Positions 31,701-42,262 of a stretch of DNA of 64,000 bases are shown one piece after another. The first letter of the stretch is position 1. Each line of letters opens with the position of its first letter. The stretch comes from Candidatus Cloacimonadales bacterium (GTDB lineage: Bacteria; Cloacimonadota; Cloacimonadia; Cloacimonadales; JAIOQZ01). The position numbers and the translations under genes were made by a program. The notes under the pieces are model-generated. The model ran no database searches and was not told the origin of the DNA. It saw only the letters and a program-made list of their open reading frames with translations. Location: positions 3,424,001-3,488,000 of the forward strand of contig CAXXTU010000002.1 in the NCBI GenBank assembly GCA_963662655.2. The letters run 5' to 3'.

Positions 31701-33014
31701 TTGCTCGATAGTATAAAAAACGTTTTCAAGATACCGGATCTGAAGAAGAAAATTCTGTACACGATGTTGTTGCTGGTCATCTATCGTCTGGGTAGCTTCA
31801 TCCCGACACCGGGCGTGAATCCCCAGATCCTGCAGGAAGTGTTCTCGTCACAGTCCAACACGATATTTGGCTTGATGGACCTCTTCGCAGGTGGTAACTT
31901 CGGAAGAGCTTCTATCTTCGCACTTGGTATCATGCCCTACATCACGGCATCCATCGTTTTCCAGCTTCTGGGAAGTATCATTCCATTCCTTGAAAAGCTG
32001 AAAAAAGAGGGCGCCGAGGGTCAGAAAAAGCTGAATCAGTACACGCGCTACGTAACGGTTCTCATCGCTGCGTTCAACGCGATCACGATCAGCTTCTGGC
32101 TTCAGAGCATGCAGAGTTCATCCGGCGCGGCTGCAGTGGCGAATCCCGGTCCCATGTTCATCTTCACCACGGTGGTGACACTTGTAACGGGAACGATATT
32201 CATCATGTGGCTGGGTGAGCAAATTACAGAGCATGGTATTGGCAACGGAATTTCACTGATCATCTTTGCAGGCATCATCGCACGTTACCCGCAGGGTTTC
32301 TTGCAGATGTTCAAGCTTGTACAGGTCGGATCTCTCAGCATATTCATGGCTGTACTGAACCTGATCATCATGGTTCTGGTAACGGCATCGGTTATTCTGG
32401 TAACCGAAGCTATGCGCAAGATCCCCGTGCAGTACGCAAAGCGTGTTGTCGGTAGAAAAGTATACGGCGGCTCGAGCACGCACATTCCACTTCGCGTGAA
32501 CACGGCCGGCGTTATTCCGATCATTTTCGCTCAGTCGATCATTATGTTCCCGAGAACGATCGCTATGTTCTTCCGGGAAAGTGATGCGATGATGACGCTT
32601 ACCCGATGGCTCTCACCGGGCGCGTTCCTTTATACTGTTCTGTACGTTTCATTGATTATTTTCTTCGCGTATTTCTATACCGCGATCGTTATGAACCCAA
32701 CCGAGATGGCCGACAATATGAAGCGATACGGTGGTTTCATCCCTGGACGAAAACCAGGTAAAAAAACTGCAGAATATATCAATAGCGTACTAACCCGAAT
32801 TACCCTTCCGGGCGCGATATTCTTCGCGGCCATCGCCGTGATGCCCGAGTTTATGCAGAAGTTCACCAAGCTTCCGTTCTACTTTGGCGGCACGGGACTC
32901 ATCATCATCGTGGGTGTTGCGCTGGATACGCTCCAGCAGATTGAATCCCACCTCGTGATGCGTCACTACGAAGGCTTCATGAAGAAGGGTAAATTACGGG
33001 GTCGCAGAGGATAA
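31701..33014 (+). CDS. secY: Preprotein translocase subunit SecY
   Basis: SIFALGIMPYITASI, GIGNGISLIIFAGI, GGFIPGRKPG, FGGTGL. Confidence 0.99.
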   Translation: MLDSIKNVFKIPDLKKKILYTMLLLVIYRLGSFIPTPGVNPQILQEVFSSQSNTIFGLMDLFAGGNFGRASIFALGIMPYITASIVFQLLGSIIPFLEKLKKEGAEGQKKLNQYTRYVTVLIAAFNAITISFWLQSMQSSSGAAAVANPGPMFIFTTVVTLVTGTIFIMWLGEQITEHGIGNGISLIIFAGIIARYPQGFLQMFKLVQVGSLSIFMAVLNLIIMVLVTASVILVTEAMRKIPVQYAKRVVGRKVYGGSSTHIPLRVNTAGVIPIIFAQSIIMFPRTIAMFFRESDAMMTLTRWLSPGAFLYTVLYVSLIIFFAYFYTAIVMNPTEMADNMKRYGGFIPGRKPGKKTAEYINSVLTRITLPGAIFFAAIAVMPEFMQKFTKLPFYFGGTGLIIIVGVALDTLQQIESHLVMRHYEGFMKKGKLRGRRG

Positions 33015-33076
33015 TTGCTTTGCGATCTGAATTTCAAACTGATCTTTAATGTTTGAACGTAGTGAAAGGTAAGCCA

Positions 33077-33859
33077 ATGATCCATATCAAGGACGACAAA
33101 GCAATCGAGAAGATGAAGGCGAGCAACCACATCATCTCGCTGGTACTCGCGGAGATGAACAACCACGTTCGTCCGGGCGTGAGTACGCTTGAACTGGATC
33201 GTATCGCGGAGGAAATCATCCGCGACCATGGCGCGAAGCCGGCTTTCAAAGGTTACAGCGTCCCCGGCCTGCCACCGTTTCCGGGATCGATCTGCGCTTC
33301 GGTAAACGAAGCGATCGTCCACGGAATACCATCCTCGAAGATTGTCCTCAAAGAAGGTGACATCATCGGTGTGGATGTTGGTACCTTCAAGGATGGGTAT
33401 TTCGGAGATGGAGCAATGACCTACCCGGTCGGAGAGATATCGGACGCGGCAAAGCGTCTGATGCGGGTCACCAGAGAGTGCCTCTACCTGGGCATCGCCC
33501 AGGCACGCCCCGGGAACCGCATTGGCGATATTTCTCATGCGATTGGCAGCCATATTAAGGCAAACGGATATTACGCTGCTGAAAAACTCACGGGACATGG
33601 GATCGGCAAAGCTTTACACGAAGAACCCACCATCATGAATGTGGGTAGAAAGGGGTTCGGCACACGGATTCAGAAGGGAATGATCTTCGCGATCGAGCCG
33701 ATGGTCAACATCGGAACCTACCGCGTGCTGGATGATGGCTGGAACGTCTATGTGGCTGATAGAAGCTTATCGGCTCACTATGAACATACGATATTGGTGA
33801 CAGATAACGAACCGGAAATATTAACATTGCCGGATATGATACAAAAACAGGAAATTTGA
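33077..33859 (+). CDS. map: Type I methionine aminopeptidase
   Basis: [35 protein letters not shown]; start moved to MIHIKD. Confidence 0.97.
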   Translation: MIHIKDDKAIEKMKASNHIISLVLAEMNNHVRPGVSTLELDRIAEEIIRDHGAKPAFKGYSVPGLPPFPGSICASVNEAIVHGIPSSKIVLKEGDIIGVDVGTFKDGYFGDGAMTYPVGEISDAAKRLMRVTRECLYLGIAQARPGNRIGDISHAIGSHIKANGYYAAEKLTGHGIGKALHEEPTIMNVGRKGFGTRIQKGMIFAIEPMVNIGTYRVLDDGWNVYVADRSLSAHYEHTILVTDNEPEILTLPDMIQKQEI

Positions 33860-33861
33860 GT

Positions 33862-34080
33862 ATGGCAAAAGCGGGTGTTATCGAGGTCGAAGGCGTTGTC
33901 AAGGAAGCGCTACCCAATACAACGTTTCGCGTTGAATTGGAAAACGGACATGAAATCCTGGCACACACTTCGGGTAAGATGAGAATGAACTATATCCGAA
34001 TCTTGCCGGGAGACAAGGTGAAGCTGGAACTGTCACCATACGACCTAACCCGGGGTCGGATCATCTACCGCTATAAATAG
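33862..34080 (+). CDS. infA: Translation initiation factor IF-1
   Basis: [37 protein letters not shown]. Confidence 0.98.
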   Translation: MAKAGVIEVEGVVKEALPNTTFRVELENGHEILAHTSGKMRMNYIRILPGDKVKLELSPYDLTRGRIIYRYK

Positions 34081-34100
34081 CTAAGTAAGAGGTTTATATC

Positions 34101-34217
34101 ATGAAGGTACGAGCATCCGTAAAGACGATCTGCAGAGACTGCAGGATCATCAAGCGCAGAGGCGTAATTAGAGTAATCTGCCCAAGTAATCCTAGGCATA
34201 AACAGAGACAAGGCTAA
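34101..34217 (+). CDS. rpmJ: 50S ribosomal protein L36
   Basis: Below ORF-track cutoff; hand-translated [38 protein letters not shown]. Confidence 0.97.
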   Translation: MKVRASVKTICRDCRIIKRRGVIRVICPSNPRHKQRQG

Positions 34218-34232
34218 ACAAGGAGGAATCGG

Positions 34233-34604
34233 TTGGCACATATCGCTGGTGTTGAACTACCGAAAGACAAGCGGATCGTTATAGGGTTGACCTATATCTT
34301 TGGGATCGGCAGAACATCCGCTGAAAAGATCCTTGAAAGAGCGAACATTGACGAAAGTACACGCGTAAAGGATCTTTCTGCTGAAGAAGAAAAAATAATC
34401 AGGGACATCGTTACCAACGACTACGTAGTCGAAGGTGCACTTCGTACGCGAACAACGATGGATATCAAACGTTTAATGGAAATCGGTTCCTACCGCGGAC
34501 TTCGCCACAAAAGAGGCTTGCCCGTGCGCGGACAGCGTACATCTACCAATGCACGCACCCGCAAAGGCCCTAAGCCTGGCGGCATTAGCAGAAGGAAGAA
34601 ATAA
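34233..34604 (+). CDS. rpsM: 30S ribosomal protein S13
   Basis: [34 protein letters not shown] start behind AGGAGG. Confidence 0.98.
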   Translation: MAHIAGVELPKDKRIVIGLTYIFGIGRTSAEKILERANIDESTRVKDLSAEEEKIIRDIVTNDYVVEGALRTRTTMDIKRLMEIGSYRGLRHKRGLPVRGQRTSTNARTRKGPKPGGISRRKK

Positions 34605-34615
34605 GGGGAACGGAT

Positions 34616-35011
34616 ATGGCAAAGAAAGCTGTTAAACGAGTTAAAAAGAAAAAAACACGTGTGGCGTACGACGAAGCTGTAGCACATATTCATTCCAGCT
34701 TCAATAACACGATCGTAACCATCGCTGACCGTGGTGGAAACGTCCTTGCATGGTCAAGCGGCGGAAAGATTGGTAATAAAGGCTCACGTAAGAGCACCCC
34801 GTATGCGGCACAGGTCGCGGCTGGCGAAGTCGCAAAGACCGTTGTCGATATGGGTATCTCGAAGGTGTCTGTAATTGTGAAAGGCCCCGGTGGCGGACGC
34901 GAATCCGCTATCCGTGCACTGAATGCTGCAGGGCTCTATGTGACGATGATCCGCGACGCGACTCCGATTCCGCACAACGGATGCAGACCACCCAAGCAGA
35001 GAAGAATTTAA
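34616..35011 (+). CDS. rpsK: 30S ribosomal protein S11
   Basis: [31 protein letters not shown]. Confidence 0.98.
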   Translation: MAKKAVKRVKKKKTRVAYDEAVAHIHSSFNNTIVTIADRGGNVLAWSSGGKIGNKGSRKSTPYAAQVAAGEVAKTVVDMGISKVSVIVKGPGGGRESAIRALNAAGLYVTMIRDATPIPHNGCRPPKQRRI

Positions 35012-35024
35012 CGGAGGCGAATGA

Positions 35025-35636
35025 ATGGCAAGATATACCGGACCGAAGGCGAAAATCTGCAGGAAATTCGGTGAGAATATATTCGAAAGCCCGAAATACG
35101 ACAAGATTCTTGAACGTCGTAAATACCCACCCGGACAACACGGACAGGGCTTCCGACGCAAAATGAGCGACTACGGGATTCATCTGAAAGAAAAACAGAA
35201 ACTCCGCTACATGTACGGCGTTCTGGAAAAACAGTTCCGTCGTTACTTCAAGAAAGCGGACCAGATGAAAGGCATCACTGGTGAAAACCTGCTTCAACTC
35301 CTGGAACGTCGGCTGGACAACACCCTCTTCAGAATGGGATTCGCAGTGACACGCCCCCAGGCGCGTCAGTTCGTGAACCACGGACACGTTATGGTGAACA
35401 ACCGTCGCGTGAACATCCCATCCTATCTTCTGAAGCCAGGCGATGTTGTTGAAATCCGCGATAAAAGCAAGAAAGTCGCTCCGATTCTCGAAGCTGTCGA
35501 GATCACATCAACCGCCTTCGAGTGGCTTGAAGTGGATAAAGAGCACCTTCGTGGCGAATTCAAAGCAATCCCATCCCGCGAACTGATTCCGGTGAATGTG
35601 GACGAACGTTTGATTGTGGAATTCTATTCCAAGTAA
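35025..35636 (+). CDS. rpsD: 30S ribosomal protein S4
   Basis: MARYTGP, PPGQHG, LERRLDN, ARQFVNHGH, IVEFYSK. Confidence 0.98.
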   Translation: MARYTGPKAKICRKFGENIFESPKYDKILERRKYPPGQHGQGFRRKMSDYGIHLKEKQKLRYMYGVLEKQFRRYFKKADQMKGITGENLLQLLERRLDNTLFRMGFAVTRPQARQFVNHGHVMVNNRRVNIPSYLLKPGDVVEIRDKSKKVAPILEAVEITSTAFEWLEVDKEHLRGEFKAIPSRELIPVNVDERLIVEFYSK

Positions 35637-35651
35637 ACCAGGAGAGTTTTT

Positions 35652-36674
35652 ATGATGCTTCTCGAACCCATACAAATGCCTGAGAAGGTAACTGTCGATG
35701 AAACGACGTATACGAATACTTATGGGAAATTCGAAATTGGACCGATGGAACCTGGTTTCGCGACTACGATCGGTAACACACTGCGTCGCGTTTTGCTCTC
35801 TTCGATTCAGGGAGCGGCGGTTCGCTATGTGAAGATCGAAGGACTTCATCACGAATTCGTTCCGATCCCCGGTACCAAGACTGATTACATCGACCTGATC
35901 CTTCGTCTCAAGAAACTGATCATCAGTACCGACACCGTTGGTGAAGAACGGATGGTACTCGATCACAAGGGAAAAGGTATCATTACCGCTGGCGAATTCA
36001 AGGCCGATAACCCGGACGTGAAAATCGTTAACGAAGACCTCGAACTTCTGGAAATGACCGAAGACGGTGAGTTCCACATGGAAGTCTGGGTCGGGACGGG
36101 TCGCGGCTATGTTCCGGCAGACGAGCACGATATGGATGATCGCCCGGTTGGCGTGATTCCGATTGACTCGATCTATTCACCGGTTCTCAAGGTGAATTAT
36201 CAGGCGGGTCATCAGCGGGTTGGTGAGAAGATCGATTATGATAAACTTACCATCGAAGTAACCACCGATGGCAGCATATCCCCCAAGGATGCGCTGTATC
36301 TCGCTGCGAAGATTCTCAAGGACTTCTACGACAAGATCGTCCTCTTCGAAGAAGAGCCCGAATACATCGAAGAAGTGGAAATGCCAGAGGAACTCGACCG
36401 CCTGGACAAGCTCCTGAACATGAGCGTCAAAGAGCTTGAACTCACCGTTCGTTCCAGCAATTGTCTGGCAGCAGCGAAGATCGAAACCATCGGAGAGCTT
36501 GTAGCAAAGAGCGAGAATGAGATGCTCAAGTATCGCAATTTCGGTAAGAAGTCTCTGGATGAAATTACCGCCTTGCTCATTAAATACGAGCTTTCGCTGG
36601 GTATGGATACCGATAAGATTTTGAACGAAATCGACGGTTGGAAGAAGAGAGTAACGAAAAGAAGGAAGGTTTAA
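35652..36674 (+). CDS. rpoA: DNA-directed RNA polymerase alpha subunit
   Basis: GNTLRRVLLSSIQG, GRGYVPA, IDSIYSPV, LELTVRSSNCL, NFGKKSL. Confidence 0.99.
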   Translation: MMLLEPIQMPEKVTVDETTYTNTYGKFEIGPMEPGFATTIGNTLRRVLLSSIQGAAVRYVKIEGLHHEFVPIPGTKTDYIDLILRLKKLIISTDTVGEERMVLDHKGKGIITAGEFKADNPDVKIVNEDLELLEMTEDGEFHMEVWVGTGRGYVPADEHDMDDRPVGVIPIDSIYSPVLKVNYQAGHQRVGEKIDYDKLTIEVTTDGSISPKDALYLAAKILKDFYDKIVLFEEEPEYIEEVEMPEELDRLDKLLNMSVKELELTVRSSNCLAAAKIETIGELVAKSENEMLKYRNFGKKSLDEITALLIKYELSLGMDTDKILNEIDGWKKRVTKRRKV

Positions 36675-36675
36675 C

Positions 36676-37059
36676 ATGCGACATCGCGTAGAAGGCAGGA
36701 AATTCGGACGAGAGGCTGACCACAGGAAGGCCCTCTTGAACAACCTCGTTAAGGACCTTGTCCGTCACGAACGAATCGTGACCACGCATGCAAAAGCCAA
36801 AGAAGCACGCCGTCTGTTCGAACGGGTTGTAACCTATGGAAAGCGTGGTGAAGTACATCACCGCAGGCTTGCATTCAAGATTTTGGCAGATCGTTCACTC
36901 GTGAAAAAAGTATTTGACGAGCTGGCGCCGCGTTATGAGAATCGCAATGGCGGCTATACGAGAATCATGCAATGTGGAAGGCGCAGAGGCGACTGTGCTC
37001 CGATGGCGATCATCGAAGCGGTAGATCGCGTCGAGCTGGAAACCGAAGACAAGAAATAA
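36676..37059 (+). CDS. rplQ: 50S ribosomal protein L17
   Basis: MRHR, ERIVTT.AKAKE, RNGGYTRI, RRGD.APMA. Confidence 0.98.
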   Translation: MRHRVEGRKFGREADHRKALLNNLVKDLVRHERIVTTHAKAKEARRLFERVVTYGKRGEVHHRRLAFKILADRSLVKKVFDELAPRYENRNGGYTRIMQCGRRRGDCAPMAIIEAVDRVELETEDKK

Positions 37060-37073
37060 ATGAGTAATACATG

Positions 37074-37101
37074 AAGGCTGCTTCGCGCAGCCTTTTTTTT
37101 T
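37074..37101 (+). terminator. Rho-independent terminator of the ribosomal protein cluster
   Basis: AAGGCTGC-ttcgc-GCAGCCTT followed by a long T run. Confidence 0.88.
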
Positions 37102-37217
37102 GCCCTGATCTCTGTGGTAGCAATTGCTAAATGTATCATGGTGATAGAATAAAAGACTCACTTTCAAACTGAGTGTGTAAGCATCCACCGAAAGGTTTTA
37201 CCTGAGTTTCCTTTCTA

Positions 37218-37270
37218 TGTCATCCTGAGCGGAGTCGAAGGATGGATTCATCATTGAATGCCCTCGACTT
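37218..37270. repeat. TGTC/CGTC-type REP-like repeat with degenerate inverted partner
   Basis: TGTCATCCTGAGCGGAGTCGAAGGA (37218-37242) followed by partial inverted arm CCCTCGACT (37261-69). Confidence 0.5.
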
Positions 37271-37372
37271 TTTAAGGAATCCGTGTATTGATTAGCAAAA
37301 CACACAGCATCAGGGTGACAGGAAGGACAGAGGATACATTCACCCACCCAGTTTGAATGAGAGCCGAAATGA

Positions 37373-38722
37373 ATGGAGCAGCGAATGGAATTGAATCTCA
37401 CATACGACATTGTTAGTGAACTGATCGAGAATAAGGACATCGCTGCTTTACGTCAACTCTTAGACGATAGCCACCCTGCTGACATCGCTATTATCGTGAA
37501 CGACCTCCCGGAAGAGTTCCAGATATTCGCGTTCACGGCGATGAACGATGAGACCGCATCGGAGGTTCTAGCGGAAATGCACGAAGAGGTACGAGAGAAC
37601 ATCCTCGAGCATTTCAACCAGGAGCGGCTGGTTCGCATCATCGACGGAATGGATACCGACGAGGCGGCGGACATCATCTCCGACCTCGACGACGACGTCT
37701 CCAGGCACATCCTCGAACACATCGATCAGGAAGATTCCGAGAACCTCAAGCGGTTGCTCACGTATGAAGAGGATACGGCCGGCGGATTGATGCAGACCGA
37801 GATCATCGCCGTGCAAGGCGATATGCATCGTGACGAGTTGATCGAGATGATCCGCGCGAATGTGGAGGAGGTTGAGAACATTCACTACGTGTTCGTCGTG
37901 GATTCCGACAACCGTTTGATTGGCGGCCTGGACCTCGTGCAGCTTCTTCTTTGCCCACCGAACCGACAGGCGAAGGACCTCATGGCAGACGACGTTATCA
38001 GTACGCACGTGGACACGGATCAGGAAGAGGTGGCGAGCCTTTTCAGGAAGTACGATATCTACGCACTGCCTGTTATCGATGACGACGGACACCTGTTGGG
38101 GCGCATTACGGTTGACGACATCATCGATGTTATCGACGAAGAGGCCTCTGAAGACGCCTACAGGATGGTGGGTTTGGAAAGCGAGGACAAGGTGTTCACC
38201 GCGCCGTTGAATTCCGTCATCAAGCGTTTGCCCTGGCTGGTTCTGAATCTTTTCACCGCGCTGCTTGTGTCGAGCGTTGTCGGTATCTTTGAGAAAACCA
38301 TCTCCCAGCTCTCGGTGCTTGCCGTGCTGATGCCAATTGTGGCGGGATTGGGCGGTAACTCCGGTACGCAAACGCTGACCGTTATCACGCGTGGTATCGC
38401 GCTGGGTGAACTCACCATTCATAACACATGGAAGGCGCTTTTCAAGGAGATTTCCGTGGGAACAATCAACGGATTCATCATCGGGGCCTTTGCCATGGGC
38501 ATAGCCACGGTTCTGAAAGGCAACTACATGCTCGGCGCGGTTCTGGGGATTTCCATGGTGTGCAACATGTTCATCGCGGCCCTGTGTGGATCTCTGGTTC
38601 CGATCGTGATGAAGATGCTGAAAATCGATCCTGCGCTGGCATCGAGCGTCATAATCACCATGCTGACCGACATCGGCGGATTCGCCTCGTTCCTTGGGCT
38701 CGCATCCATTTTTCTCGTGTAA
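37373..38722 (+). CDS. mgtE: Magnesium transporter MgtE
   Basis: HPADIA, YEEDTAGGLM, CBS pair, GRITVDD, RLPWL, GGNSGTQ, DPALAS..ITMLTD. Confidence 0.96.
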   Translation: MEQRMELNLTYDIVSELIENKDIAALRQLLDDSHPADIAIIVNDLPEEFQIFAFTAMNDETASEVLAEMHEEVRENILEHFNQERLVRIIDGMDTDEAADIISDLDDDVSRHILEHIDQEDSENLKRLLTYEEDTAGGLMQTEIIAVQGDMHRDELIEMIRANVEEVENIHYVFVVDSDNRLIGGLDLVQLLLCPPNRQAKDLMADDVISTHVDTDQEEVASLFRKYDIYALPVIDDDGHLLGRITVDDIIDVIDEEASEDAYRMVGLESEDKVFTAPLNSVIKRLPWLVLNLFTALLVSSVVGIFEKTISQLSVLAVLMPIVAGLGGNSGTQTLTVITRGIALGELTIHNTWKALFKEISVGTINGFIIGAFAMGIATVLKGNYMLGAVLGISMVCNMFIAALCGSLVPIVMKMLKIDPALASSVIITMLTDIGGFASFLGLASIFLV

Positions 38723-38808
38723 GCGCTCGAAGAAAAAAAGAATTTATCGTAACCTCAATAGATTGATCGAAATACGTAAACAGGCGATTCCCTGTAAAAC
38801 AAAAATGA

Positions 38809-38836
38809 TTGACATCCAGTAAAATGTTTCTATGAT
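38809..38836 (+). promoter_or_regulatory. Sigma70-type promoter, probably giving a leaderless mRNA
   Basis: TTGACA (38809-14), 16-nt spacer, TATGAT (38831-36); ATG at 38844, no SD. Confidence 0.55.
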
Positions 38837-38843
38837 TAATAGC

Positions 38844-39230
38844 ATGAAAGACTTCAGAAAAATACTCATTGTCGATGATGAAGAGCTGATGCGCATGATG
38901 CTTGAAAACTTCTTCAAGAATCACGGATTCTCCGTATACACGACATCAGGCTCCGATGGTGTGCTCGATTTGATCGAATCCGAGTCCATCCGCATCATCA
39001 TTGTCGATCTGAAGCTTCTGCGGGAGAGCGGCCTGGATTTGGGCACGAAGATCATGAAGAAATTTCCCTCGACGGTGAGGATTGCGATGACGGGCTATCC
39101 GTCGGCGTATGAACTGAGGGAATCCCGCGAGTCCGGTTTTGACGACTATTTCCGCAAGCCTCTCAATCTCGAATTACTTCTCCAGAAAATCGAAAGCGCC
39201 GTTGTCCAGTTGCACCGCTGGAACTCGTAG
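38844..39230 (+). CDS. Single-domain response regulator
   Basis: ILIVDDE, IIVDLKL, AMTGY, FRKP. Confidence 0.9.
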   Translation: MKDFRKILIVDDEELMRMMLENFFKNHGFSVYTTSGSDGVLDLIESESIRIIIVDLKLLRESGLDLGTKIMKKFPSTVRIAMTGYPSAYELRESRESGFDDYFRKPLNLELLLQKIESAVVQLHRWNS

Positions 39231-39232
39231 CA

Positions 39233-39481
39233 TCAATTCCTTTCCAGATAATCCTCAATTTCTGAAAGCGCATGCTCCATCTCGGTAATGTAATCCGGGG
39301 GAATATCGAGCTGCAAGAACTGCTTTTTGCCTTCGAAAACGGTTGTATAAATGCAGTAGCCTTCCATGGATTCGAGGATGAATCCCACCGTTGCGAACCA
39401 GTGCGGTTCGATGTCGAGGACCCAGCGCTGGGATCCATCCTCCAGGGTAGTCTTATCGATAATGGGAAATTTGAGAATCAT
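39233..39481 (-). CDS. Small protein, DUF4911-like
   Basis: 'FILESMEGYCIYTT' pattern; ATGA overlap with lon stop. Confidence 0.55.
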   Translation of the reverse strand: MILKFPIIDKTTLEDGSQRWVLDIEPHWFATVGFILESMEGYCIYTTVFEGKKQFLQLDIPPDYITEMEHALSEIEDYLERN

Positions 39482-41826
39482 TTCTTGATCAGTGCAAGAT
39501 CGAGCACTTCTTTGAGGCTGTCCACGAAGTGAATCTTCATCCCCTCGAGCACTTCCGGCTTGATTTCGCTAACGTGCGGTTCGTTCTTCCGGGGGACAAT
39601 CACCCGGTTGATACCGGCCTGGCGCGCGGCAATCAGCTTCTCCTCGAGTCCTCCAATGGGGAGAACCTTGCCCGAGAGGGTAATCTCGCCGGTCATCGCA
39701 AGGTTGCAGTCGACCTCGATACCCGAGAGAGCGGATACGATCGCCGTGGTCATCGTGATTCCCGCAGAGGGGCCATCCTTTGGAATTGCGCCCTCGGGGA
39801 TGTGAAGATGAAGATCGCACTTTTTATGACATTCCGGATCGATTCCATATTCATCGGAGTGCAGTCTTGCATAGCTCAGCGCTGCCTGCGCGGATTCCTT
39901 CATCACATCGCCCAGTTTACCAGTCAGGATCACTTTACCTTCGCCGGGCATCTTGATGACTTCGATCTGGAGGATTTCTCCTCCGGCGGCCGTCCAGGCG
40001 AGTCCCGTCACGATTCCGACTTGGGGTTTCTTGTCGATCTCGGGATAGAGGTACTTGGGGACGCCCAGCCAGTTCGTCAGGCTTCCGGGCTTGATGATGT
40101 ATTTACTTTTCTTGCGAGTTTCCAGGTAGCTGCGCACGACCTTCCGTATGACGGTTGCAATCTTCCTCTCGAGGCTTCTGACGCCTGCCTCGCGCGTGTA
40201 ATTCTCGATGATGCCCGTCAGCGTCTTCCTCTCGAAGCGGATGTCAAAGTGATTCTCCAGGTTGTGTTCTGCAATCTGCTTGGGTACCAGATGCTTTTCC
40301 GCGATATTGTACTTTTCGATCGACGTGTAGCCGGGAAGATGAATAATCTCCATACGATCCATCAGCGGTTTCGGGATCGGGCCCAACTGATTCGCCGTAG
40401 TGATGAAAAGCACCTTCGAGAGGTCGTAGCCGAAATCGAGATAGTGGTCACGGAACTCGTGGTTCTGCTCGGCGTCGAGGACCTCCAGTAGAGCGGCGGA
40501 GGGGTCTCCACGGAAATCCACGCTCATCTTGTCCACCTCGTCCATCATGATGAGTGGATTCATGGTGCCGGCCTTCTTCATGCTCTGGATGATAACGCCG
40601 GGAAGCGCTCCGATGTAGGTTCTGCGGTGGCCGCGGATCTCGGCTTCGTCTCTTACGCCGCCCAGTGACAGGCGGACGAACTTGCGATCCAGCGCGCGCG
40701 CGATGGATTTACCCAGCGATGTCTTGCCGACTCCCGGAGGGCCGACGAAGCACAGGATTTGTCCCTTGGAGGCCCCCGCGAGCTTGATAACCGCGAGATA
40801 CTCCAGGATACGTTCCTTGATTTTATCCAGGCCGTAGTGGTCCTCGTCGAGGATTCTACGCGCATTGGCGAGATCGATCTTCGCTTGCTCCGGCTTCTTC
40901 CACGGGAGGTCGAAAATCCAGGAGAGATAGTGGTAAACCACCGAGTATTCCTGCGCGTGGTGGGTGAGACGCGAGAGTCGCTTGATCTCTTCCTGCGCAC
41001 GTTTCCCGGCTTCTTCGTTGAGGGGTGTTTCCTCGAGAAGCTGGCGGAAGCGGATCAGGTCTTCCTGTTCCTCTTCGGATATTCCGAGTTCCTTGTGGAT
41101 GATCTTGAGTTGCTCGTGCAGGTAGTACTCGCGCTGGAGTTTGCCCAGCTTGCCCTTGACTTTGATATCAATGTTCTTCTCGAGCTTGAGAATCTCGATT
41201 TCGTTAACCAATAGCTCGTGGAGCTCGGATACCGCCTGATGAAAATCATCCAGCTCGAATAGCCGCTGTTTGGACTTCAGATCCTTGTCCAGATTGGTGA
41301 GCACAAAGTAGAAGAACTCCTCCGGCTTGTCGATCTCGTTGAGCGGGATCAGCGATTCCTCGGGAATGGTCCTCGAAAGATGTACGTACTCCTCGAAGGA
41401 TTTCTTCAACGAGCGGATCAGCGCTTCCATCTCGTGATCGATTCCGCTCAGGAAGAATCCTGCCGGTAGCACCTGAGCTTTCAGCATCTTCTTCGTGCGC
41501 TTGAATCGCTCAACCTGAATGCGTTCCTTACCTTCGATCAACGCCCTCACATTGCCGTCGGGCATGCGGAAAATCTGCAACACGTTGCAAATGGTTCCAT
41601 AGCGGTTCAGATCCTTGGCGGACGGATCGTCCTCATTCTGCAGGTTCGCTTTCTGCGTAACGCATACAACGGTTTTATCTCCGAGATACGCTGTCTCTAG
41701 AGCGTCCAGGGAAGCTGCCCTTCCCACCAGAATGGGCGATATGACATAGGGAACCATCAGCGCGTTGCGCAGTGGTATTACGGGGTATTCGATCGATGTA
41801 TCCTTGCCGCTTATGATTCTCGGCAT
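39478..41826 (-). CDS. lon: ATP-dependent protease La
   Basis: PVIPLR, DHYGL, GPPGVGKT, IRGHRRTYIG, PKDGPSAG, GGLEEK. Confidence 0.98.
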   Translation of the reverse strand: MPRIISGKDTSIEYPVIPLRNALMVPYVISPILVGRAASLDALETAYLGDKTVVCVTQKANLQNEDDPSAKDLNRYGTICNVLQIFRMPDGNVRALIEGKERIQVERFKRTKKMLKAQVLPAGFFLSGIDHEMEALIRSLKKSFEEYVHLSRTIPEESLIPLNEIDKPEEFFYFVLTNLDKDLKSKQRLFELDDFHQAVSELHELLVNEIEILKLEKNIDIKVKGKLGKLQREYYLHEQLKIIHKELGISEEEQEDLIRFRQLLEETPLNEEAGKRAQEEIKRLSRLTHHAQEYSVVYHYLSWIFDLPWKKPEQAKIDLANARRILDEDHYGLDKIKERILEYLAVIKLAGASKGQILCFVGPPGVGKTSLGKSIARALDRKFVRLSLGGVRDEAEIRGHRRTYIGALPGVIIQSMKKAGTMNPLIMMDEVDKMSVDFRGDPSAALLEVLDAEQNHEFRDHYLDFGYDLSKVLFITTANQLGPIPKPLMDRMEIIHLPGYTSIEKYNIAEKHLVPKQIAEHNLENHFDIRFERKTLTGIIENYTREAGVRSLERKIATVIRKVVRSYLETRKKSKYIIKPGSLTNWLGVPKYLYPEIDKKPQVGIVTGLAWTAAGGEILQIEVIKMPGEGKVILTGKLGDVMKESAQAALSYARLHSDEYGIDPECHKKCDLHLHIPEGAIPKDGPSAGITMTTAIVSALSGIEVDCNLAMTGEITLSGKVLPIGGLEEKLIAARQAGINRVIVPRKNEPHVSEIKPEVLEGMKIHFVDSLKEVLDLALIKK

Positions 41827-41850
41827 GTATCCTCCATAAAATAATGATCT

Positions 41851-42207
41851 CTATTCCAACGTCTCCAGAATCTTTTCGGCGTTGTTATCGAGTCCGGAAA
41901 TCTTCTTCTTTCTCATATCCACTTGGAATGTGAGTTCGCTTTGCTCGATCTCTTCGACAACGATTTTCACCGTTACCTTGAAGACATCCTTACCCTTGTG
42001 CTCCACGACCCACTCGAGGTCGGAGTCTTCGCCCATAGGGGTCATCATTTCCAGCTCTTTGTTCAGCGCTTTTCCCAAAGTGCGATAACCTTCGGAGTAT
42101 GATTCCGCGTACTCGATGACCTCGGTGTAGTTATACTTGGACAGTTCGCATGCTGCTATGAACATCATGATGATTGCAGTAAGTAAGATAAACGAAAATT
42201 GTTTCAT
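41851..42207 (-). CDS. Hypothetical lipoprotein
   Basis: Signal peptide with lipobox FIAAC; SD GGGAGG. Confidence 0.65.
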   Translation of the reverse strand: MKQFSFILLTAIIMMFIAACELSKYNYTEVIEYAESYSEGYRTLGKALNKELEMMTPMGEDSDLEWVVEHKGKDVFKVTVKIVVEEIEQSELTFQVDMRKKKISGLDNNAEKILETLE

Positions 42208-42262
42208 TCTGATCCTCCCTGAAAGATTCTTTAACTCATTTGAGTCCGAATAGAAGATGGCG

